Shown here in pieces: positions 12,492-21,967 of a DNA stretch of 64,000 nucleotides. How positions within the stretch are numbered: position 1 is the first letter of the stretch; each line of letters begins with the position of its first letter. Position numbers and translations under genes: made by a program. Origin of the DNA: Acidobacteriota bacterium (GTDB lineage Bacteria > Acidobacteriota > UBA890 > WLXD01); assembly GCA_963666215.2 (NCBI GenBank), contig CAXWPL010000001.1, positions 608,001 to 672,000 of the forward strand. The letters are read 5' to 3'. The notes below the pieces were generated by a model. The model had not been told where the DNA came from. It saw only the letters and a program-made list of their open reading frames with translations, and did no database searches.

Positions 12492-14815
12492 GGGTTCGGT
12501 ACGACCTCGAGGTTGTCGAAGCTGATAACGGCGTGGGCGTCGCCGTAGAAGCCGGGGCTGCCGTAGCGCGAGCCCATCGCGTCGGTGGCGTCAATCGTCC
12601 ACTCGTCTGGCTCGGCTTCGTCTCGGGGCCAGATCTTACCCCGCACACGCACCTGGCCGTCGGGCAGGTTCTCGGTGTTCACCTTGAGCGTGTACCAGGT
12701 GCCCGATCGGATGCTGGCTGGCACCGAGGTCGTGCGTGCGGTCTCCGGCTGCCAGCTCTGGAGCTCGAGCCGCTGCTTCGTGCCGAAAGCGATCAGCGCG
12801 TAGCGCTGGGCGATCACGCCAGCATCGCCCAATCGCCGCCGTTCCGTGGCGGTGTTGAAATCGACCTGCACGGTGTAGTCGTGCAGATCGCTCGACCCCA
12901 GGTACACCCGGGTGCGCTTCAAGAATGGGTTGGCGTTGGTCTTGATGAGCACCCCTGCCTGTGGATCGGGCTGGAACTTGCCCAGGGCGCTGATCCAGTA
13001 TGGCGGCACCGACTCCATGTCGTCGAAATCGTAACGCCACGGCGGTGGCGGGCTAACACGCAGCCGCGCGCTGTTGCTCAGACTGTCGCCGACTCTCGCC
13101 GTCACGGCGCCGCCGCGACGCACCGGGTCGGCGGAGGCGACGAAGGTGCCATCGGCCCCAATCGTGCCGAGCCCGCCCTGCACGCCCCACTCCACGACCG
13201 CAGACGAGCCCGGTAGCCGGTGACCCCCGGCATCGAACAACCTTGCCTCGAAATGAACTTCCTCGCCAGGCTCGATCACGAGCTCCTGAGGATAAATCTG
13301 TACGTGAGCAGGGACGCCCATGGGCGCCCCTGCGGACTCGCTCGGCACTGCCGTCCCCGACGCGCTGGCCGGGGCCACGACCGGACCGATCGCATAGATG
13401 TTCGACTCGGACGCCATGTAGATGCGGCCGCGAGCAATCGCGACGGACGCGATGATGGGCTCGAACTCCTCGCCTTCTGTGTCGCCGTTGCCAGGCGCGA
13501 TAGCGGTACTGGCCAGTTCGTCACGGTCGAGGATCTCAACCCCATCGGCCGAAGGGCGCAAGATGTAGAACACGCCGTTGCGTGTACCTGCGTACAGCTT
13601 GCCGTCGGCCAACACCGGGGATGCCCGCTGGATCGTTCCCAGGTTCTGTCGCCACAAAGTGCCGCCGCTGGCGGCGTCGAAGGCCACGAGGTTGGCACTG
13701 TTGTCGATCTGATAGAGGCGTTCGCCGTCGAGAACCGGCGACGAGTACCCTCCGAGATGTTCAAAGACGCTCCAGTCAACAGCGTCGCCGCCGAGCTCGC
13801 CCGAGCCCGTGGCATCGATCGAAGCCAAGAAGCCCATGCGCGAGTCGGCAAGATTCTCCTCGCCGTGGGATATGAGCGCGCGATCACCGTAAAGAAGCAC
13901 GCCCGTATTGATGCCGCGCTTGCTCATCGGGAAGCGCCAAACAATCTCGCCGGTCGACGGCTTGAGCGCGTGAATCGCGCCATCGCTGCCGCCGGCAATC
14001 AACAGTCGGCTGCCGCCGACGTTCACCACGATCGGCGGCGCGTAGGTCGTGTCGTAGGGTTGAGTACCGGTCGAGCTGACCCAGGCGACCTGTCCAGTCG
14101 CTTTATCGAAGGCGAGAAAGCGGTGCATGCCGCGAGCCATGCTCCCCCAGCCCGCGGTCACGCCGCTGATGATGACGTTGCCCTGATCGATAACGGGCGA
14201 GACCGTGCGGCCGCCATGCGTCGACACCAGCCCGAACACCTCCGACAGATAGTGCTGCCACAGCAGCTCACCGTCGGGGGTCAACCCGAAGAGGGTCCCG
14301 GCAACGCCGAGCGCGTAGATGTTGCCGGTTTCCGGATCCACGACGGGCGACGCCCAACCCACGCGATGCGGCGGTGCATCGCTGAGCGTCACGTTGAACC
14401 GATGCTCCCACACAAGCTCGCCCGTATCGGCGTTGAGGGCAACGATGCGCTCCTGCGTGGTGGCGCCCGCTCCAGCCGCGTTTTGTAGGTAGAGTCGATC
14501 GCCGAACACAACGGGGGTCGACAACGCGCCGTAGGGAGCCTTCCACGCGAGGTTCTCACCGTCCGGAGACCAGCTCTCCGGCAAGCCCGTGGCCGTGGAG
14601 GTGCCGTCGCGCCGCGGGCCACGCCAGTCGGGCCAATCATCAGCTGCGACGGCAAGAGCGAAGCCAGCACCCCGCTCGGCTGCCGGCTCCAGCCGATGGA
14701 TCTCGGCGAACATCGGCTGTGTCGAGGTGCTGGAGAACCCGGCCCCTGCGGCCGCGGTGACCAGAAGCGCGACAAGGGACAGGATGCGCAAGGGTCGTCC
14801 GGATCGGCTATTCAT
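12488..14815 (-). CDS. Secreted PQQ-like beta-propeller protein with C-terminal Ig-like and lectin-like domains
   Basis: Probable ATG at 14815 with signal peptide. DWPDWRGPRRDG, repeated ALNADTGELVW-type motifs, beta-rich C-terminus ending FDNLEV. Stop overlaps the next start. Confidence 0.85.
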   Translation of the reverse strand: MNSRSGRPLRILSLVALLVTAAAGAGFSSTSTQPMFAEIHRLEPAAERGAGFALAVAADDWPDWRGPRRDGTSTATGLPESWSPDGENLAWKAPYGALSTPVVFGDRLYLQNAAGAGATTQERIVALNADTGELVWEHRFNVTLSDAPPHRVGWASPVVDPETGNIYALGVAGTLFGLTPDGELLWQHYLSEVFGLVSTHGGRTVSPVIDQGNVIISGVTAGWGSMARGMHRFLAFDKATGQVAWVSSTGTQPYDTTYAPPIVVNVGGSRLLIAGGSDGAIHALKPSTGEIVWRFPMSKRGINTGVLLYGDRALISHGEENLADSRMGFLASIDATGSGELGGDAVDWSVFEHLGGYSSPVLDGERLYQIDNSANLVAFDAASGGTLWRQNLGTIQRASPVLADGKLYAGTRNGVFYILRPSADGVEILDRDELASTAIAPGNGDTEGEEFEPIIASVAIARGRIYMASESNIYAIGPVVAPASASGTAVPSESAGAPMGVPAHVQIYPQELVIEPGEEVHFEARLFDAGGHRLPGSSAVVEWGVQGGLGTIGADGTFVASADPVRRGGAVTARVGDSLSNSARLRVSPPPPWRYDFDDMESVPPYWISALGKFQPDPQAGVLIKTNANPFLKRTRVYLGSSDLHDYTVQVDFNTATERRRLGDAGVIAQRYALIAFGTKQRLELQSWQPETARTTSVPASIRSGTWYTLKVNTENLPDGQVRVRGKIWPRDEAEPDEWTIDATDAMGSRYGSPGFYGDAHAVISFDNLEVVPNP

Positions 14816-15055
14816 CTGTTGGAATCCTGGTTCCCTGATGGGATGCGATTCACCCGGGTGGGGGACATCGCGTTGGGTCTGGGCGCGTGAGGCACATGGG
14901 GTGCGTGGACGCGGGACGCATCCCACAAGGTGGAAAATCAGCTATATAGAACCACATCCCGCGGTGCCCCCGCTGGTGGTCACCTGCCGCCGAAGGTGCA
15001 CTCGCGCGGGCGATCAACGTGGCGTCAGCGCGGGATCAGCGCAGGACAGCGGCGA

Positions 15056-16471
15056 TTACCTCGGTGGCGAGGATGCGACGAGAATCGGCTGTGTCCATGC
15101 CGCCTGAAAACGGACGGTCCGAGGTTCGCTCTCCGGGCTTCCTGGGTCGATCGGCGAACTGTCGGCCGGGGCCGAAGAAACGACCTTCGCCCGCACATAC
15201 AGCTCATCGCCACGCAACTCGTAGCTCGGATTCGGGCCCTCGACTTCGTCCAGGACCTCACCGATATCGTCGCCATATACGTACTGGACACTCGCGGCAC
15301 CGAACGACACCTCCGCCTCTCCGATCTCGCCCGTTTGCGCCATCTGGCGATCCTGCGGCAGGCGACGGTCGGAATGTCCCACGCGAGTACCGATGAATTG
15401 GGTGCGGTAGCTCACGCCCGGCGTGGTCCGTATGTGGAGCTCCAGCCGCTGCACACCACTCGCCTCTTGGCCGTCGCTCCCGGGGGCTGCGCCAACAACA
15501 ACTTCGTCGAGCAGCACGCCCGTCGACGCATAAAAGTCACCGCGCTCGAGCGCCTCGATCAGCGCGGCGGCCGTGAGCTCTCCGGCCTGCACCATGATCC
15601 AGCCTCGACCTGGATTTGCCGACTCCGATCCGGTCTGCTGGTAGACGTGCGCGTCGTCGACCGCGAGTCCATACAGGAGCTCTTGACCTCGATCGAGGCG
15701 GTCGGTCAGCGCAATATCCCACATGCGATCGGTGCTCGGCCGCTGCCCGTCGCCGTCGTTGTTCGCCTGTGGATGGCCGTTGAAGACCTCGAAGAACTTC
15801 TCGCCCTGGATAGCTGCGATGTCCTCTGCGGTGACACCCCAGCCATAGTTCGGATGGTTGACGTGGGGGAACATCGGCTGCCCGGTGCGCCCGCGCTGCT
15901 CGAGCACGGCATCGACCGTACGTTGCAGGACCTCGACCACGGTGCTCCCGGACTGCGGGTCGACGCGCTCAACCAGGTTGGTGGCGTTGACGTGCAGCGG
16001 CCACGACTCGAAGGTCGTCGTGATCTCCGCCGCCGATAGCAGCAAGAACCTTCCGGGCTCCTCGAACAGGCCGCGGTATTCATCCAGCGACATGAGCCGA
16101 ACCCGAAGCCGGTCGTCAGCAGGGCTGACGGCAACCCTGTCGTCACCGAAACGATCACGATAACGATCGAACGCGGCACGCAACTCCGGGGTGTCCGCAT
16201 CGAGCCAACCCTCGCCCTCGTGCAGGGTGTTGTGGTCGGAGATCGCCAGGAAGTCGTAGCCCCTCGTGCGGTACCAGTCGACCACCATCTCGGGGAACTC
16301 AGCGCCGTCGCTCCACAGCGAGTGGGTGTGCAAATTCCCCTTCCACCAGCCGGCCGGGCTGACCTTCTCGGCGGGCCAGCGCGACGACTCCGGGGCGGCG
16401 CACGACACAACCAGCGCGAGCAAACACACACCTCTGGCGGCCCGATTTCGACTGCAACGCAGATGCAACAT
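15056..16471 (-). CDS. PHP-domain metallohydrolase, probable lipoprotein
   Basis: WWKGNLHTHSLWSDG, FLAISDHN, HVNHPN, VDDAH, and lipobox-like LVVSC. Confidence 0.85.
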   Translation of the reverse strand: MLHLRCSRNRAARGVCLLALVVSCAAPESSRWPAEKVSPAGWWKGNLHTHSLWSDGAEFPEMVVDWYRTRGYDFLAISDHNTLHEGEGWLDADTPELRAAFDRYRDRFGDDRVAVSPADDRLRVRLMSLDEYRGLFEEPGRFLLLSAAEITTTFESWPLHVNATNLVERVDPQSGSTVVEVLQRTVDAVLEQRGRTGQPMFPHVNHPNYGWGVTAEDIAAIQGEKFFEVFNGHPQANNDGDGQRPSTDRMWDIALTDRLDRGQELLYGLAVDDAHVYQQTGSESANPGRGWIMVQAGELTAAALIEALERGDFYASTGVLLDEVVVGAAPGSDGQEASGVQRLELHIRTTPGVSYRTQFIGTRVGHSDRRLPQDRQMAQTGEIGEAEVSFGAASVQYVYGDDIGEVLDEVEGPNPSYELRGDELYVRAKVVSSAPADSSPIDPGSPESEPRTVRFQAAWTQPILVASSPPR

Positions 16472-16522
16472 TGGCGCTAGACTCGCCTCTCGCTAGGAAG
16501 ATCGAGGGGTCGAAAGAGAGTC

Positions 16523-16960
16523 ATGACAATAACGGTGGAGCATTATCGCAGGCTCGAGCGCATGTACCTGCTGGCGCGCGTCAACGAGTTCTACGAGCCG
16601 ACAATACGGATCGGCGACGCGACCACCAAGATTGCCATGCAGGTGAAAAGCGAATTCTTCCACGTTGCCGGCGCAGTACACGGGTCGGTGTACTTCAAGG
16701 GACTCGACGACGCGGCGTTCTTTGCCGCCAGCTCGCTGGTGAGCGACGTATTCCTGCTCACCAGCTCGTTCAACATCTTCCTGACCCGCCCCATCGCCTC
16801 GGGAAGCATGACGGCAACCGGCCATGTGCTGCATCGTTCGGCGCGGCTCTTCGTTGCTGAAGCCAAGATGGTCGACGACGACGGCCGTCTGCTCGGACAC
16901 GGCAGCGGGACCTTCATGCGGAGCAACATCGCGCTGTCGCCCGAGCTCGGCTATCGGTAG
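16523..16960 (+). CDS. PaaI-family hot-dog thioesterase
   Basis: VHGSVYFKGLDDAAFFAA motif, 145 aa. Confidence 0.9.
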   Translation: MTITVEHYRRLERMYLLARVNEFYEPTIRIGDATTKIAMQVKSEFFHVAGAVHGSVYFKGLDDAAFFAASSLVSDVFLLTSSFNIFLTRPIASGSMTATGHVLHRSARLFVAEAKMVDDDGRLLGHGSGTFMRSNIALSPELGYR

Positions 16961-16977
16961 GTCGCGCGCGTGAGTCA

Positions 16978-18084
16978 CTAGCGCGCGCGAGCGACGATGC
17001 CGTTGTGGGCCTTGATTGTGCCCGCGCGGAGGATCTCGAAGCCGTTCTCCCAGGCGTACAGGCCCATCTGATAGGGATCCATGAGCTCTCGATAGCCGTA
17101 GTTCATGAGATCGGCCATCAGGAAGTAGAACGCCCGCGACCGTAGTTGGCGGCGTGGAGTGGTCATGATGGCAAGGCCGCCCGGCTTGAGGAAGCGACGA
17201 TGAAAGTCGAACACCTCGGCCTTGTGTGCATCCGGGAAATGCTCAATCAACCCGACACTGAGCACGACATCGGACTCGCGGCCATAGCCCAGGTCGCGGA
17301 TGTCGGCGACCTCGAACTCGATGTCGAAGTCCTCGCGACGGTAGGTCGTCCAGGAGCCGGTGCCTCGATCTTGTCCGAGAAACGGGTAGGCCGACGGAAA
17401 CTTGCCGAAGCGGTCCGTGCGGCAGAAGTCGTCGTAGTCCACAAGCACCGCCGCGCCGCCCGGATACTGCGCCAGCAGCTGCATTGCCTCGTAGCCGTCG
17501 GCGGCCCCGAGAAAGAGCACGCGTGGCTTCTTCAGGTCGAGATCCTGAAAAAGTGCCCGCTTGCCGCGCGGATCCCACACCGCGTCCTCCACGCGATGCA
17601 CGTAGTTCCACAGATGCAGTCGCACGAGCTCACCTGCCGCCGCTCGGGCCGCACTCAGGCGGGCACGTGCGGCGCTCGAAAAAAAGCGCCGGCGCGCTGC
17701 GGCCGCGTCGTCGGCATTGGACAGGAACAGCGTGTGGAAGTTGCGGTTGAACTGCTCCCACTGCACCGCTACGGGCATCGCCGCACCCTGCTCCGACTCC
17801 CACTCTCGACGCCAGCTCGAGCTCGCCGGAACTTGATAGGGCCGCCCGACATCGCGCCAACGGAGGGTCAAGAAATCGACCGTCGACAGGTCTTCGAACA
17901 CGTCCGGCGGGCCGGTCCGCAGGTCCACGCGATGTGTGTCGGCGACCCAGGTCGTTTCCAGATTCGGGTCAGGAGGCGACTCAACGCCCGCGTCGTCTGC
18001 GATGCCGGCAACGGGGTGCGCCAGCGTGGTCTGTAAGCCTTCGGGCGAGCTCCCTGAAACGCGTGGCGTGGGTGAGGTCGTCAT
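16978..18084 (-). CDS. Class I SAM-dependent methyltransferase-like protein
   Basis: VLFLGAADG motif I variant, DVVLSVGLIEHF, RFLKPGG. Confidence 0.75.
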   Translation of the reverse strand: MTTSPTPRVSGSSPEGLQTTLAHPVAGIADDAGVESPPDPNLETTWVADTHRVDLRTGPPDVFEDLSTVDFLTLRWRDVGRPYQVPASSSWRREWESEQGAAMPVAVQWEQFNRNFHTLFLSNADDAAAARRRFFSSAARARLSAARAAAGELVRLHLWNYVHRVEDAVWDPRGKRALFQDLDLKKPRVLFLGAADGYEAMQLLAQYPGGAAVLVDYDDFCRTDRFGKFPSAYPFLGQDRGTGSWTTYRREDFDIEFEVADIRDLGYGRESDVVLSVGLIEHFPDAHKAEVFDFHRRFLKPGGLAIMTTPRRQLRSRAFYFLMADLMNYGYRELMDPYQMGLYAWENGFEILRAGTIKAHNGIVARAR

Positions 18085-18500
18085 GGTGCCCGACTTAAGC
18101 CGCTTTCCCTCGCGCTGTAAAGGCCCACACGACGCGCGAAAAGACCCATCTCGATGTCGTCGACGCGACGATGCACCACGCCGACTGACTCGGGCGGCAC
18201 CAACGCGACAGGCTGCCGAGCTCCTTCTCTCACTCGCACCCGAAGCCTCCTCACCACGGCCACTACCTCTGCCGCTCCACGCGGACCACGTTGTATTCTG
18301 GGAAGGCTCGCGCGCCGATGCCTCCGGGCATGGTTGGCGCGGCGATCACCTGCCCGTGTCGGGCGCGAGAGACACCTCCACTGAAATCAGCGGCGTTCGC
18401 CGTCCCCGCCCCCTCTCGGGAGTCTATCTGGATGCGTTTGCGCGAAATCTCTGCCCTGTCCGTTCGGTGATTATGCACTTGACGAATCATTGTCCATGGA

Positions 18501-18683
18501 TTATCTTTCTCTCATGGACGTCGTTGAAATCTCTTTCCTGCCAGCATCTTCCGACAGCTCGGAGACGAGTGCATCGACCTTCTTCATGATGCGCTTGCCA
18601 AACACCTTCTCCATGAACTTTCGGTCTGGTAGCTGCGTAGCGTTCTTGGGTAGCTTTCTCCGTTTCTTGGGAGTCTGAGCCAT
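18501..18683 (-). CDS. Small basic hypothetical protein carried by IS1595
   Basis: 60-aa Lys-rich ORF (MAQTPKKRRKLPKNATQLPDRKFMEKVFGKRIMKKVD..) entirely inside the IRs. Confidence 0.55.
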   Translation of the reverse strand: MAQTPKKRRKLPKNATQLPDRKFMEKVFGKRIMKKVDALVSELSEDAGRKEISTTSMRER

Positions 18684-18685
18684 GA

Positions 18686-19028
18686 GATTACAGCCTCGTT
18701 TCGTTGATGGACCGTTTCAACTGTGACTCCAAGTGCAACGACGCCCTGGAACAGCTTCGGTGGCCAGTAGGCGTGGCCTGCATACGCTGTGGCGACACGA
18801 ACGTTGCAGAGCTTCCACAGGGCCACAAGTGGCAGTGCCGCTCATGCCGCTACCAGTTCAGCGTCACGGCCGGAACGATCATGCACGATTCTCACCTTCC
18901 GCTTCGCAAGTGGTTCATAGCTATCTACTTGATGTGCGTCTCGAAGAAAGGCGTCTCTGCTATACAGATGCAGAACACTCTCGGTGTCGCCTACCGCACC
19001 GCCTGGTATCTCTGTCACCGCATCAAAG
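18686..19028 (+). pseudogene. IS1595 transposase N-terminal fragment (zinc ribbon + HTH, no DDE domain)
   Basis: LRWPVGVACIRCG..WQCRSCRYQFSVTAGTIMHDSHLPLRKWFIAIYL..KKGVSA..TAWYLCHRI, then loss of homology. Confidence 0.9.
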
Positions 19029-19488
19029 GCGATCGGGGCATGGAGTACCCGATTCGTCTTTTTGCCTCTTCTTTGGGTTGCAACAGCTGTGGCTCCGTAA
19101 TCACGTTAATGCCAAAGCTGCCTGCTTCTTCGACTCCGTCGGGAATATCGAATCCTTCAAAGTCCAAGGGAACCCTGCTGCCGTCTGGCTGTTCAAAGTA
19201 AGCACTGGGTATGAAAACCGGCGACTGGCGGCCTAAAATAATCATGTATCCAAGCGTGAAACTTCCCCTAATAATGCCTGCCCTCACGTTCTTCTCGCCT
19301 ATGTTGGCGGTAACATTGAAGTTAAAAGTCTGTTGTCGCTTCCTCAGGTCATCTAGTTGCTTTTGATGGTCCGCCCATTTCTTCTTATGGAACAGCCACC
19401 CAATCATGACGCCCACCGCCATGAGAACGAACGAGCCAAGGAGAAGGCAAACGATCTCCCACGCGAACTCACGAACGAAGTTTTCCAT
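19015..19488 (-). CDS. Hypothetical membrane-anchored passenger protein of IS1595
   Basis: 157-aa ORF with N-terminal TM helix and basic coiled segment, AT-richer, inside the IRs. Confidence 0.6.
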   Translation of the reverse strand: MENFVREFAWEIVCLLLGSFVLMAVGVMIGWLFHKKKWADHQKQLDDLRKRQQTFNFNVTANIGEKNVRAGIIRGSFTLGYMIILGRQSPVFIPSAYFEQPDGSRVPLDFEGFDIPDGVEEAGSFGINVITEPQLLQPKEEAKRRIGYSMPRSPLMR

Positions 19489-20892
19489 TCACGCATGCTA
19501 TCGACCCCTCTCTGATTCGTCAAGTGCAGGATCCCCGTCCGTTCTCCTTGTCGTCGCACTGCTGGCCGTCGCCTTCGGCCCCCAAGGCGCGGTGGCCATT
19601 GGAGAGTCGGCACCGTCTGCAGTCGCAACGAGCGCCATCGTCGCCCACGAGTGGCCTGCCTTCCGCGGCGACGGCAGTGGCGTGTCGGCGGAAACCGACC
19701 TGCCGACCGTCTGGAGCTCCACCGAGAACGTGGTGTGGAAGAGCGCCATCGTCGGTCGCGGTAGCTCTTCGCCGATTGTTTGGGGCAATCGCATATTCCT
19801 GACCACCGCTGTTGAGGGCAGCGAGGTGCCGGACGCCGAAGCCCCGGAGCACATGATCGGTGGGCGGCCCTTCCTTCATCCGGAGAGCCTCGGCGCAAAT
19901 CGCGAGCACACCTTTCAGGTCATCGCTCTGGACGCCACCGACGGCACGGTGATATGGAATCGAACCGCTCACGTGGGAACGCCGTACGACAACCGCCACA
20001 GCGGCGGCTCTTTCGCCTCACCCACGGCGGTCACCGACGGCGAGCACGTCTACGCCTACTTCGGCGCTCAGGGCGTGTACGCCTACGACTTCGACGGCGA
20101 GCTTCTTTGGCAAGCTGACATCGGGAAAATCTCGGCGTTCGGGGTCGGTGTTGGAACCTCCCCGGTGCTGTTCGAGAACCTGCTGATCATCCAGGCCGAC
20201 CGTGGCGAGGGCGAGGATTCGGCCATCGTCGCGCTCAGCAAAGCGACGGGCGAAGAAGTCTGGCGGCGTAGGCGCCCGATCGAGGCCAGCTGGTCGACGC
20301 CGGTGCTCACCGAGTGGAATGGCCGGTTGGAGCTCATCACCAACGGCAACGAGCTCGCGATCTCGTACGATCCCGCGTCGGGAGAGGAGCTTTGGCGCGC
20401 CAAGGGCGTGGGGAGCAACGCGATCCACCTGCCGCTCGTGGGCGGCGGCCTGGCAATCATGACGTCGGGCTATCCGAAGAAGGTCATTAAGGCGATCCAC
20501 CTCGGCGCCGACGGCGAGCTCGACGAGGCCGACCACCTGGCGTGGAGCTACGCGAAAGGCACCGCCTACGTGCCTTCCAACCTGCTGTACGACGGTCTCC
20601 TCTATCTACTGTCCGATAACGGCGTTCTGACCTGCCTCGATGCCGCTACCGGCGAGGTGATCTACGAAGGCGGCCGCATGCCGACGCCGCAGCGTTATAT
20701 GGCGTCTCCGGTGGCCTTCGACGGCAAGATCCTGATTGCCGGCGCCGACGGAGACGTGTTCGTGGTGAAGGCCGGACGCGAGTTCGAGGTGCTGCGTACG
20801 AACTCGATCGCCGAGCCGATCTCGACAACGCCGGCGCTGAGCGGCGGCCGCATCTACATCCGCGGGGAGCAGCACCTCTACGCCATCGGCTC

Positions 20893-21369
20893 TTGACCGC
20901 GGTAGCCGACGGGCCCGGGCGCTCCGTCGTTCGAGTTCAGGTCGTGCGGCTGCCGCACGGTGCAGACTTGCCCCTGCCGAGCTACCAAACCGCTGGGTCG
21001 GTGGCGGTCGACCTCTACGCCGCTCTCGATTCGCCGTTGACCCTGGCCCCGGGTGGCATCGGCCTGGTGCCGAGCGGTCTGGCGATCGCCCTGCCCGATG
21101 GCTTCGAGGCACAAATCCGTCCACGCTCGGGGCTCGCGATTCGGCACGGCATCTCTCTACCGAATACGCCGGCGACGATCGACTCCGACTATCGCGGCGA
21201 GCTGAAGATCCCACTCATCAACCTGGGTGGCGAGCCGGTCGAGATTGTCCGTGGCATGCGCATCGCTCAGATGCTCGTAGCACGGGTGCCACGAATCCAC
21301 TGGGACGAGGTCGAGGAGCTCCCCGCGTCCGAGCGCGGCTCCGGAGGCTTCGGCCACACCGGCGAGTAG
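20893..21369 (+). CDS. dut: dUTP diphosphatase
   Basis: RPRSGLA, TIDSDYRGE, RIAQ, RGSGGFGHTG motifs. Confidence 0.97.
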   Translation: MTAVADGPGRSVVRVQVVRLPHGADLPLPSYQTAGSVAVDLYAALDSPLTLAPGGIGLVPSGLAIALPDGFEAQIRPRSGLAIRHGISLPNTPATIDSDYRGELKIPLINLGGEPVEIVRGMRIAQMLVARVPRIHWDEVEELPASERGSGGFGHTGE

Positions 21370-21967
21370 ATCCCGGCCGACCGGCAGGAACCTGCCTGTC
21401 GCGAGCCCACTCGATCGGATCAGGCGGCTCAGCGAACGGCGGGCAAGAACAGCGGGCGCACGAAGGGCCCCCCGGCTGAGAGAGTCGCGCCCATTAGACT
21501 CCCGGTCCGGAAGGCCCGTCGCTAGCGGTCGCCGGCCACGAGTCCCATGACTCGCGTTGGGCGAATCCGATTCCAATGTTGTATCGAACGCTCTTCGGGC
21601 CGCCGCTGTGGGCCGGCCTGATGCTGCTCGTCGAACTCGGGCTCACCTTGCGCCCGTCCCGACCTGGCGCCTCGCGGAGCCATCGCCGGAAACGCGTCCT
21701 GCGGCGCGGCTGCTTGCTGAGGCGCTTGCATCAGATAAGACCAGACGCGACCGGCAGAAGCTGTCGTGCAGGAGCAAAGTTAAGTAAAGCTTTGTCAACG
21801 CTCACCGCAGACTCGACGGCTGGGCGATGGAGAGGTTTTGAATGGTTGTGACGTGCCCCCGAGCGGGTACGCTGGACGCGGTCGATAATCCATCCGCTCG
21901 CCGCGGGTTTCCGACCCCAATCGACAACCTTCCCCGCTTGATCTGGAATCCGATTCCTTCAGGAGCC

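Larger units (their letters stand above)
18466..19536 (+). mobile_element. Non-autonomous IS1595-family element, 1071 bp
   Basis: 24-bp IRs GGTGATTATGCACTTGACGAATCA (18466-18489) and TGATTCGTCAAGTGCAGGATCCCC (19513-19536), 21/24 match. Perfect 8-bp TSD GTCCGTTC at 18458-18465 and 19537-19544. Visibly lower GC than flanks. Confidence 0.93.
18432..20896 (+). pseudogene. Secreted PQQ-like beta-propeller protein interrupted in its signal peptide by IS1595
   Basis: Removing 18466-19544 (IS plus one TSD copy) restores MRLREISALSVLLVVALLAVAFGPQG.. in frame with EWPAFRGD..GSSSPIVWGNRIFLT..LYAIGS. Confidence 0.88.

Noticed and set aside
11010-14815. PQQ-dependent dehydrogenases
   Set aside because: Only generic propeller repeats are present. 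No catalytic signatures or pqq genes were seen.
14839-14925. 9-bp inverted repeat TGGGATGCG/CGCATCCCA as a riboswitch
   Set aside because: Short, and no recognisable aptamer consensus.
19029-19201. C-terminal part of the 165-aa transposase ORF
   Set aside because: It is antisense read-through of the passenger gene, not transposase sequence.
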